Source: Candidatus Falkowbacteria bacterium RIFOXYC2_FULL_36_12
GTDB taxonomy: Bacteria; Patescibacteriota; Patescibacteriia; UBA11705
Length of the DNA stretch: 64,000 nt
Reading direction: 5' to 3'
Assembly: GCA_001778235.1 (NCBI GenBank)
Contig: MFGJ01000007.1
Span: 193,476-257,475, forward strand
The first letter of the stretch is position 1. Each line of letters opens with the position of its first letter. The translations under genes were made by a program, and so were the position numbers. Below the pieces are notes generated by a model. The model ran no database searches. It was not told the origin of the DNA and was given only the letters and a program-made list of their open reading frames with translations. Of this stretch, positions 10,588-18,246 are shown piece by piece.

Positions 10588-10623
10588 AATGGAACTAAAT
10601 TTATATTTTATTAATATCTAAAT

Positions 10624-11169
10624 ATGCCAAAACAAGATACAAAAGTTGGTCGGCGCTGGTATGTAATCCATACTCAATCCGGTCATGAAGAATCAGTGGC
10701 AGAAAACTTGAAGCAAAGAATTGAGTCTATGGACATGGAAGATAAGATCTTCAGTGTGCTGATACCGACAGAGAAAAAAATCAGGATAAAAAATGGCAAG
10801 AGAAAAACCATTACTGAAAAAATCTTTCCTGGATATGTCTTTGTTGAAATGGTTGTAACCGATGATTCATGGTATGTTGTTCGCAACACACCAAATGTTA
10901 CTGGCTTTATTGGATCAGGCACGATCCCAACACCGATCTCTGAAGCTGAAATGAAAGAATTGCAGAAACGAATGGGTGTTGATGATCCAACAGTGTCTAT
11001 TGAGCTCACACCTGGAACTCCGGTAAAAATCACTGATGGTCCATTCAAAGACTATGAAGGACGAGTAGATGAAGTGGATGAAGAAAGAGGAAAAGTAAAA
11101 GTTGCGGTTTCAATGTTTGGACGAGAAACTCCAGTTGAACTTGATCCTTTGCAAGTAAAACAATTGTAA
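10624..11169 (+). CDS. nusG: Transcription elongation factor NusG
   Basis: WYVIHT, FPGYVFV, VRNTPNVTGF, KOW domain, FGRETPVEL. Confidence 0.97.
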   Translation: MPKQDTKVGRRWYVIHTQSGHEESVAENLKQRIESMDMEDKIFSVLIPTEKKIRIKNGKRKTITEKIFPGYVFVEMVVTDDSWYVVRNTPNVTGFIGSGTIPTPISEAEMKELQKRMGVDDPTVSIELTPGTPVKITDGPFKDYEGRVDEVDEERGKVKVAVSMFGRETPVELDPLQVKQL

Positions 11170-11250
11170 TTACGAATATACTACTATTACAATTTTACGA
11201 ATATAAATTAAGTATTTGTTATAGTTGTAAATAGGAATAAATTTGTAATA
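11170..11250. repeat. Degenerate gene-less TACRAAT inverted-repeat cassette after nusG
   Basis: TTACGAATATACTACTATTACAATTTTACGAAT left arm; GTATTTGT..TTGTAAAT..ATTTGTAAT right arm. Confidence 0.5.
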
Positions 11251-11426
11251 AAAATTAGCAAGGAGAGGGGCTAAGAAATTTTCATTTTATTAATCAGTGA
11301 GCTTCTAAATATAATTACTAAACTACCTGCCTATCATAAAAGTTTTGGCAGGTGAGCAAAAAATTACAACCATTACAAAAGACAATCAATAGTAATATTG
11401 TAATTTCTAACAACAACAAGAAATAT

Positions 11427-11852
11427 ATGGCGAAAAAAATAGTAACACAAATCAAGTTGCAAATCCCAGCTGGCGCAGCAAACCCAGCTCCTCCAGTCGG
11501 TCCTGCTCTTGGTCAACATGGTTTGAATATCCAGGAATTTTGTACAAAATTTAATGAAGCAACAAAAGACAAAACTGGAGATGTTGTTCCAACAATTATT
11601 ACTGTTTATGAAGACCGAACTTTTAGTTTTGTGACTAAAACACCTCCAGCTGCAAACTTGATTTTGAAAGCTTTGAAATTGAAAAAAGGATCGGGAAAAC
11701 CATTGACTGAAAAAGTCGGCAAAATCACTCAAGCACAGCTTCGAGAAATTGCTGAAGTCAAACTACCTGACTTGAACACAAAGGATATTGATCAAGCTGC
11801 AAAGATAATCGCGGGTACAGCTCGACAAATGGGGATTGAGATAAAAGAATAA
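11427..11852 (+). CDS. rplK: 50S ribosomal protein uL11
   Basis: [26 protein letters not shown]; start at ATG 11427. Confidence 0.97.
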   Translation: MAKKIVTQIKLQIPAGAANPAPPVGPALGQHGLNIQEFCTKFNEATKDKTGDVVPTIITVYEDRTFSFVTKTPPAANLILKALKLKKGSGKPLTEKVGKITQAQLREIAEVKLPDLNTKDIDQAAKIIAGTARQMGIEIKE

Positions 11853-11890
11853 AAGTGAACAGTTTAGACTAAAATTTATTTATAAAATAA

Positions 11891-11924
11891 TGTGGGAGTT
11901 AGAAAAACTAACGATTGTACCACG
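11891..11924 (+). promoter_or_regulatory. L1-binding autoregulatory mRNA element between rplK and rplA
   Basis: GTGGGAG-[GTTAG/CTAAC hairpin]-ACCAC, the architecture of L1-binding leaders found before rplA. Confidence 0.7.
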
Positions 11925-11991
11925 AACTAATATTGGACAAGTTTGAATTAGTAAACTGACTCAAAGATTGAATTCAATGTTAGTAAAAACT

Positions 11992-12681
11992 ATGCCACAT
12001 AGATCAAAAAGATATCAAGTTCTTGCAAAAGAAATTGATAAAAACAAAGTTTATTCACTAGAAGAAACTCTTGCCCTTGTACGAAAAACTTCAAATATTA
12101 AATTTGATGCTTCGGTTGAAATCCATATTAGATTGGGAATTGACCCGAAGAAGGGAGAACAACAAGTACGATCAACAGTAGTTTTGCCTCATGGTATTGG
12201 AAAATCTAAAACTATTTGCGTCTTTGCTGAAGGCGACAAAGCCAAAGAAGCTGAAAAAGCTGGGGCGGACTTAGTTGGTGGTGAAGAATTAATTGAAAAA
12301 ATTAAAAAAACTGGTAAATGCGATTTTGAATTAGCACTTGCAACTCCAGACATGATGCCAAAGCTAGCAATTATTGCTAAAACACTTGGACCAAAGGGTC
12401 TGATGCCTTCACCAAAAAATGAAACTATTACTCCGAATATTGGGAAAGCGGTTGAAGAAATGAAAAAAGGTAAAATTGCTTTCAAAAATGATGACACAGC
12501 CAATATCCACCAGGTAATCGGAAAAGTCTCATTTGATGATGTTCAGCTAACAGAAAATTTTAAGACTTTTATGGAAGCACTTGAAAAATCAAAACCTGAA
12601 ACATCAAAAGGTACTTTTATAAAATCTGTTTCCATGACAACAACTATGGGACCTGGAATAAAAGTTGATTATCAGAAATAA
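11992..12681 (+). CDS. rplA: 50S ribosomal protein uL1
   Basis: KFDASVE, LPHGIGK, LGPKGLMPSPK, TTMGPG; start at ATG 11992. Confidence 0.97.
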   Translation: MPHRSKRYQVLAKEIDKNKVYSLEETLALVRKTSNIKFDASVEIHIRLGIDPKKGEQQVRSTVVLPHGIGKSKTICVFAEGDKAKEAEKAGADLVGGEELIEKIKKTGKCDFELALATPDMMPKLAIIAKTLGPKGLMPSPKNETITPNIGKAVEEMKKGKIAFKNDDTANIHQVIGKVSFDDVQLTENFKTFMEALEKSKPETSKGTFIKSVSMTTTMGPGIKVDYQK

Positions 12682-12790
12682 GCGAGAAAAGAATAAAGCA
12701 AGTACAGAATAAAGCGAGTACAGTTATTATTGATGATTGAACTGTGAAGAAATAAATACAGAAATTTAGATATTAAAAAACAAGTTGAAT

Positions 12791-13135
12791 TTATTCAGCT
12801 TGTTTTTGTGATTCGAAATCAACAACCAGATTGGCACTCATAAATTTTGTGGAAAGTTCTATCTTGGCTCGCCAGCAATCCTCAATCCTGGCCCACTCAT
12901 CATCGGTAATTTTTAACCCCTTCACGAAATTCCAATTACACCTTCTATGATCATTCACCGCCCTTTCTTCAATATCTACTATCTGAAAATTATCATCTTC
13001 GCCAACTCTGAAAATCTCAACAACTAAATCAATATCAGTCTCCTGACTCGGGATATTCACTTTTTTTGACTTAACCGGTGAAAAGACTAAATAAATGGTA
13101 CCAGGAATGCGAGTTAACAAAAATGCTTGCTTCAT
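12791..13135 (-). CDS. Orphan hypothetical protein, SD-led
   Basis: GAGGAAAGGG before ATG; TTGACA promoter near 13204; terminator hairpin 12776-12808. Confidence 0.68.
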   Translation of the reverse strand: MKQAFLLTRIPGTIYLVFSPVKSKKVNIPSQETDIDLVVEIFRVGEDDNFQIVDIEERAVNDHRRCNWNFVKGLKITDDEWARIEDCWRAKIELSTKFMSANLVVDFESQKQAE

Positions 13136-13299
13136 CTTTTCGCCCTTTCCTCGTCTGTTGTGAATGTGTTATCTACTTTTATCATATATTCTTATAAATG
13201 TCAATGATATTTTATCTTCAATTTAGGCAAAAATTTAATCCACAGGTAATTTTTTTGTCAGCCTGTTGTCTATCTGCTAAAATGGATTTACATTGATAG

Positions 13300-13350
13300 T
13301 CCATAGTTACTAGTCGGCAGTTTTATTGGCTCAAGACTATTAACTCTGGA
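13300..13350 (+). promoter_or_regulatory. 5' leader hairpin of the pyrimidine nucleotide cluster
   Basis: TCCATAGTTACTAGTC / GACTATTAACTCTGGA stem (2 mismatches) just downstream of extended -10 TGCTAAAAT (13275-13283). Confidence 0.45.
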
Positions 13351-13366
13351 ATAATACCTAACTTCT

Positions 13367-14197
13367 ATGACACAGTTTGATCAGTTGTACAAAGATGCGA
13401 TTCTGCGAATAATGAATGAGGGGTTCGAAGAATTGAATGAGAGGACAGGTCATAAAACTAGGATTATTCCTGGTCTGACTTTTGAATTGGACCAAGGCTT
13501 TCCCCTATTAACCCTAAGAAAAATACCGATTAAAATATTTGTAGCGGAGCAAATCTGGTATATTATGGGGAGTAAAAATCCTGATGATTTTGTCAGTAAA
13601 TTCACAAAAATCTGGGAAGATTTCACTGAAGAAGATGGAACAATCCCAGCAGCCTATGGACACCGCTGGCGAAGTGCTTTTGGGAGAGATCAACTTGGAT
13701 TATTAATTCAACATTTACAAGATTCTCCAGGATCAAGACATGGGGTGGTAATTACCTGGGATCCGAGAGAAGATGGACTGGGCAATCCAGAAACAAAAAA
13801 AAATGTTCCCTGCCCTTATACCTGGACAGCAAATATTATAGGAAATAAATTACATATACATTCAATAGTCAGAAGTAATGATATGATGCTCGGTTGTCCT
13901 CACGATGTAGCTGGATTTGCTTTACTTCAAGCAATCTTGGCGGCAAAACTCCATGTTCAACCTGGTAAATTAACTCATTCAATCAGTAATGCTCATATTT
14001 ATGATATTCACTATGAGCAAGCTTGGGCATTAGTTGAAAGAATAAACAGCCATCCTCCAATTTACTTTGAAGCTCAAGATAACTACTTTGACCGAGCAGA
14101 AAAAGGTGACGAAAGCTTGGTTGATGAAATAGTAAGTAAGATAGAAAGACAATATAAACCGTCTGAACCGATTAAGGGAATGAAGATAGTGTTGTGA
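13367..14197 (+). CDS. thyA: Thymidylate synthase family enzyme with Asp at the Asn177 position (candidate dCMP methyltransferase/hydroxymethylase)
   Basis: ERTG, FPLLT, YGHRWR, VPCP (Cys149), RSNDMMLGCPHD, AHIY; family is secure, substrate is not. Confidence 0.9.
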   Translation: MTQFDQLYKDAILRIMNEGFEELNERTGHKTRIIPGLTFELDQGFPLLTLRKIPIKIFVAEQIWYIMGSKNPDDFVSKFTKIWEDFTEEDGTIPAAYGHRWRSAFGRDQLGLLIQHLQDSPGSRHGVVITWDPREDGLGNPETKKNVPCPYTWTANIIGNKLHIHSIVRSNDMMLGCPHDVAGFALLQAILAAKLHVQPGKLTHSISNAHIYDIHYEQAWALVERINSHPPIYFEAQDNYFDRAEKGDESLVDEIVSKIERQYKPSEPIKGMKIVL

Positions 14198-14282
14198 TAC
14201 AAATATACGAAAACTACAAATATTACAAATGCATAAAATGGTCTAGGTATTTGTAATTTCTGTAATATTCGTAAATTCGTAA
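14196..14282. repeat. Gene-less copy of the GxxExxY inverted-repeat cassette
   Basis: Arms match those flanking 35043..35423 (3 mismatches in 37 nt left, 4 in 36 nt right) with only 14 nt between them. Confidence 0.85.
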
Positions 14283-14284
14283 TT

Positions 14285-14803
14285 ATGAAAACAAGAATTG
14301 TTATGGTCATGTCGGCTGATGGCGTGATTGCCAAAAGTTCAAATCACAACCCAACCGAATGGACATCAAAAGAGGATCAGGAATTGTATAAAAAAATAAC
14401 CAAAGAGGCTGGGGTTATGATTTTTGGGCAAAGCACATATGATGCCATTGGAATGCCTTTGCCCGGCAGATTGAATATTGTTCTAACCAGAGAAAATCGT
14501 CAAGACATTCCAGGGACATTGGAGCATAAACAAGGAGACTTGAAACTGATTTTGGAAGATTTGGCTAAACGGGGTTTCAAACTAGTGATAATTGGTGGAG
14601 GAACTATTGTTAATTCAAGATTCCTTGAGGCTGGTTTGGTTGATGAACTCCAGCTGACTATTGAACCAAAACTTTTTGGGGCTGGCCTACGACTGTTCGA
14701 TCAAATTGATGTCAATATTGATCTCGAGCTGATTGAAGTCGTAAAATTGAATGATAATACATTGAACCTGATTTATAAAATAAAAAAGACAAGTAATTTA
14801 TAA
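14285..14803 (+). CDS. folA: Dihydrofolate reductase
   Basis: SADGVIA, W..KED, PLPGRLNIVLT, IGGG; follows the TS gene. Confidence 0.88.
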   Translation: MKTRIVMVMSADGVIAKSSNHNPTEWTSKEDQELYKKITKEAGVMIFGQSTYDAIGMPLPGRLNIVLTRENRQDIPGTLEHKQGDLKLILEDLAKRGFKLVIIGGGTIVNSRFLEAGLVDELQLTIEPKLFGAGLRLFDQIDVNIDLELIEVVKLNDNTLNLIYKIKKTSNL

Positions 14804-14910
14804 TTTTTCTTTGTGAAAATAACTGGTCAAGACTTCATTTATTTTTTATTAACAACGATTAATATTATTTTATAAATTTACAAAACTTAATTATAATCAA
14901 AAAATAATCT

Positions 14911-15561
14911 ATGCCGATTTTAACCAAGAAACAAATTGAAGAAAAAATCAGTCGGGGGGAAATTGTTTTTGAACCAGCCTTAGATGCTTTTCAAACACAA
15001 CCAGCATCAGTTGACTTGAGGATTGGTTGGAGTTTTTATATCCCCTACACCTGGAAATACTGTGAAAAAGGTAGGATTGCTGTGGTTGCTGACCACATGG
15101 ATTACTCAACAACTCATGAAAATTTCCAGTTGATAAAACTAAAACCCGGACAATATTTTGAAATTTTACCAGGAGAGATGGTAATTGCCTCAACACTGGA
15201 AAAAATCAACTTAAACGCCGGCAATCTATCGGGTGTCATCCATCCAAGAAGCTCGGCTTCAAGGAGAGGTCTAGCAATTGAAAGCGGAGTAGTCAACCCA
15301 AATTTCACCGGATATTTAACAATACCAATGGTAAATCAAAGTCATCATGTGATAAAAATTTATCCAGGTGAGAGGTTGTGTCAAATTTTATTTCACGAAT
15401 TGACAGCTGAAATTAACAAAGAAGAAAGTAAAACTCATGGACTGTCAGAAGATAAATACCAAAGCTCAACACCATATAATATGGACAGCAAACTTGATCC
15501 ACAGGAAGAAATTGATTTTCTAAAATCAGGTAATATTGATGGACTGAAAAAAAAACTTTAA
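14911..15561 (+). CDS. dcd: dCTP deaminase/dUTPase-fold protein with atypical active site
   Basis: QPASVDLR, ASTLE, RSSASR, YPGERLCQ; Pro where E. coli Dcd has catalytic Glu138. Confidence 0.8.
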   Translation: MPILTKKQIEEKISRGEIVFEPALDAFQTQPASVDLRIGWSFYIPYTWKYCEKGRIAVVADHMDYSTTHENFQLIKLKPGQYFEILPGEMVIASTLEKINLNAGNLSGVIHPRSSASRRGLAIESGVVNPNFTGYLTIPMVNQSHHVIKIYPGERLCQILFHELTAEINKEESKTHGLSEDKYQSSTPYNMDSKLDPQEEIDFLKSGNIDGLKKKL

Positions 15562-15569
15562 ATCTTGAC

Positions 15570-16124
15570 TTGCCTAAACAGAAAGATGATTTACCACAAT
15601 ATCCGCACCTGCCAATTGATAGAAAATTTAATTTTGTTGAACTTTATGACCAATGGATGACAGAAGCGAGAAAAGCATCAGAGGATCGTGTGGTTTGTTC
15701 TTGGTGGCCGACTGGTGCTGTATTGGTCAAAGATAATAAAATCATTGGACGAGGCTCAAATGGTGGTAGATTTGTCCCACTTTGTCCAAGGTATTTGAAT
15801 AATTGTCCAACTGGTACTGGCTATGAATACTGCACAGCAGAATGCCAGCAAACCTCTCACGCAGAAGTTTCAGCCATTAATGATGCAATAGCTCTTGGCA
15901 ATAGCCCAGAAAACGCTGATTTGTATTTGTTTGGACATTGGTGGGCTTGCGAGAGTTGTTGGGAACATATTATAAAACATAAGGTAAAGAATGTTTTCTT
16001 GGTCAGAAATGCTCACAAAATTTTTACCAGAGAAAAAAGAGTTCAGCTAATGGAAGAAATAAAAAACCGTTTAGAAAAAAAAGAGCTTCTACGACCAATG
16101 GACATATATTGGGATGTGAAATAA
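15570..16124 (+). CDS. dCMP deaminase family Zn-dependent deaminase
   Basis: C...TGAVLVKD, HAE and CESC Zn ligands; TTG start uncertain. Confidence 0.85.
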   Translation: MPKQKDDLPQYPHLPIDRKFNFVELYDQWMTEARKASEDRVVCSWWPTGAVLVKDNKIIGRGSNGGRFVPLCPRYLNNCPTGTGYEYCTAECQQTSHAEVSAINDAIALGNSPENADLYLFGHWWACESCWEHIIKHKVKNVFLVRNAHKIFTREKRVQLMEEIKNRLEKKELLRPMDIYWDVK

Positions 16125-16157
16125 TAAAATTAATACTTTTTTTGAATTTTATAAACT

Positions 16158-16709
16158 ATGTCAAAAATAATTTTTGGATTTGTTGGGGAAATTGCCAGTG
16201 GAAAAGGCACGGCTTGTGAATATCTAATAAATAATTATCAAGCAGGATATTATAGATTTTCAACAATAATAAGGGATATTATAAAAAGATTGTATATTGC
16301 TGAAGACCGTGAACATCTACAAAAAATGTCTTCTGTATTACGGGAAAATTTTGGACAGGATATTTTTGCCAAAGTAATGGCTGAAGATGTAAATAATGAT
16401 AAACATACAATAATCTGCGTTGATGGTATTCGGCGTCAAGATGATATTATATATCTAAAGAAAATACCTGGGTTTATTTTGGTTAATATTTTCGCTGATT
16501 TAGAAACCCGTTATCAAAGAATTGTAAAAAGAAGTGAAAATCAGGATGACAAAGCAAAAACCTTTGAACAGTTCAAAAAAGACCATGAGAATGAAAATGA
16601 AGCCTTGATTGAGGAAACGGGCAAACAAGCAAGTGAGAAAATTGACAACAATGGGACAGAAGCTGAATTGGTTGAACAGATTGAAAAAATGGTTGAAAAA
16701 TATAAATAA
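16158..16709 (+). CDS. P-loop nucleotide monophosphate kinase-like protein
   Basis: GEIASGKGT Walker A, VDGIR, ADLETRYQR, IDNNGT. Confidence 0.8.
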   Translation: MSKIIFGFVGEIASGKGTACEYLINNYQAGYYRFSTIIRDIIKRLYIAEDREHLQKMSSVLRENFGQDIFAKVMAEDVNNDKHTIICVDGIRRQDDIIYLKKIPGFILVNIFADLETRYQRIVKRSENQDDKAKTFEQFKKDHENENEALIEETGKQASEKIDNNGTEAELVEQIEKMVEKYK

Positions 16710-16738
16710 AAAAAGGCTCCAACATTGTGAAGCACAAA

Positions 16739-16984
16739 TTAATTTTTCAGTTTTACAACTTCGGTCCGACCTCCACCACTGGTGCCAGTGGGATTGAAGG
16801 AATATTTCATGACATTGGTTGTCTGATCATAGTAAAGAGCCGTGAGTTGGTTTTTCTTCCCCGCAAAACCGATGATGATAAAGCGATTATAAGGCTTTTG
16901 AATGATAAGTACAACAGAAAAATCAATAATAGCGCCACTGGTCAAGTTAATGTGGACAAAATCACCTTTTTGCGGTAAAACCAT
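16739..16984 (-). CDS. Orphan hypothetical protein lying antisense within the nucleotide cluster, SD-led
   Basis: AAGGGAGG before ATG 16984; TTGACA-17-TATAAA promoter at 17051-17023. Confidence 0.62.
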   Translation of the reverse strand: MVLPQKGDFVHINLTSGAIIDFSVVLIIQKPYNRFIIIGFAGKKNQLTALYYDQTTNVMKYSFNPTGTSGGGRTEVVKLKN

Positions 16985-17044
16985 TGCAGAGCCTCCCTTG
17001 TGGTGATGGGAATATCAACCTATTTATAATCATTTTTAAATAAA

Positions 17045-17896
17045 ATGTCAACTGTAGAACAAATAAAGGAACTGCTGTATTCAGCCAAAAGTGATGTATT
17101 CATGAAATCTGAATTTGAATATTTATATCGGGAAACAATTGATTTTATTATCAATAAATACCAAGAATTCAGTAAAACGATTGAAGATACAACTGCTCTA
17201 GAAAACATGTTGCCATGCCTGGCTTTTGATAATTTCAAAATTGAAAAGAAAACATCCTCCGAGCAACAACTAGAAAATTCAGTGTCTGATATTATCAGAA
17301 ATGAAAAAAGTGAAATGGCCGAGCTCACTCTAATAAAATATGCAAAAGATGAGGAGAATTTCTTAACTAAACTGATTTTGTTTCAACAGTCAAGTTTATC
17401 ATTTAATCAGATTGAAGAAAAAATAAAGTTAATGACTCTGGAGCAGAAAGAAAAGTTGATTAATCTTTATTTTGACACAACAAAGGACAAAAATGTCTTT
17501 AATTTTTTCCATTATAATTTTCAGATGACATGTACTATCCCAATACTAGAAAAAATAAAACCAATCTTAGCCAACAAACTGCTGGTACAAAAACTGGAAA
17601 TCTGTAATGGATATTACACCCCGCCTAAAATCCTACATTCTGGTTACCATGGCGACTATATTTTGATCATGAAAAAAGCCATAGATGCTTACAAAAAAAT
17701 GCTCCCGACTTTATCCACACAAGCTTTTTACATTGTACCTCTTGCATTTATGCAAAAAATATTATTTACTGTAAAAGTAGTTGATTCATCTTTAATACAA
17801 TTGCCTTTCAAACAACAACTATGGCAAAAAATAAAAGAGGTCAACCCAACTATCTATGAACAAATAAATAAATTAATAACCATAGGGGAGGAATAA
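17045..17896 (+). CDS. Degenerate ThyX-like (flavin-dependent thymidylate synthase) protein without the RHR motif
   Basis: C-terminal pattern YNF..Q.L...GYYTP..I..SGY...Y..IM..A..AY..M......AFYIVPLAF resembles tandem-ThyX C domains; no RHR present. Confidence 0.6.
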   Translation: MSTVEQIKELLYSAKSDVFMKSEFEYLYRETIDFIINKYQEFSKTIEDTTALENMLPCLAFDNFKIEKKTSSEQQLENSVSDIIRNEKSEMAELTLIKYAKDEENFLTKLILFQQSSLSFNQIEEKIKLMTLEQKEKLINLYFDTTKDKNVFNFFHYNFQMTCTIPILEKIKPILANKLLVQKLEICNGYYTPPKILHSGYHGDYILIMKKAIDAYKKMLPTLSTQAFYIVPLAFMQKILFTVKVVDSSLIQLPFKQQLWQKIKEVNPTIYEQINKLITIGEE

Positions 17897-17898
17897 CT

Positions 17899-18210
17899 AT
17901 GATACATAACAAATTAGTCAGGGATTTGATCCCTCAAATCATTGAAGATGACGGAGATGAGGCGGTGACAAGAGTCTTGGAAGATGATGAATATTATCAA
18001 GCCTTAAAAGACAAATTACTTGAAGAGGTCGAGGAATACTTAGAATCAGACGACCACGAAGAATTAGCGGATGTCTTGGAAGTAATCCGAGCGCTGGTAG
18101 ACTATCATTCAATGACATATGAAGACTTGGAAAATACCCGAAAAATGAAATTACAAGAACGGGGGGGATTTAGTGAAAGGATATTCTTGTCAGAGGTAAT
18201 TGAAAATTAA
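17899..18210 (+). CDS. MazG-like/all-alpha nucleoside triphosphate pyrophosphohydrolase
   Basis: NKLVRDLIP, KLLEEVEE, EELADVLEVI, ERGGF; SD GGGGAGGA. Confidence 0.85.
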   Translation: MIHNKLVRDLIPQIIEDDGDEAVTRVLEDDEYYQALKDKLLEEVEEYLESDDHEELADVLEVIRALVDYHSMTYEDLENTRKMKLQERGGFSERIFLSEVIEN

Positions 18211-18246
18211 ACAGGAAGGCGATTTTGTCGCCTTCTTTTATACAAT

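Noticed and set aside
16727-16978. + strand 83-aa ORF as a cluster member
   Set aside because: GTG start with no support; the opposite-strand ORF has ATG, SD and promoter
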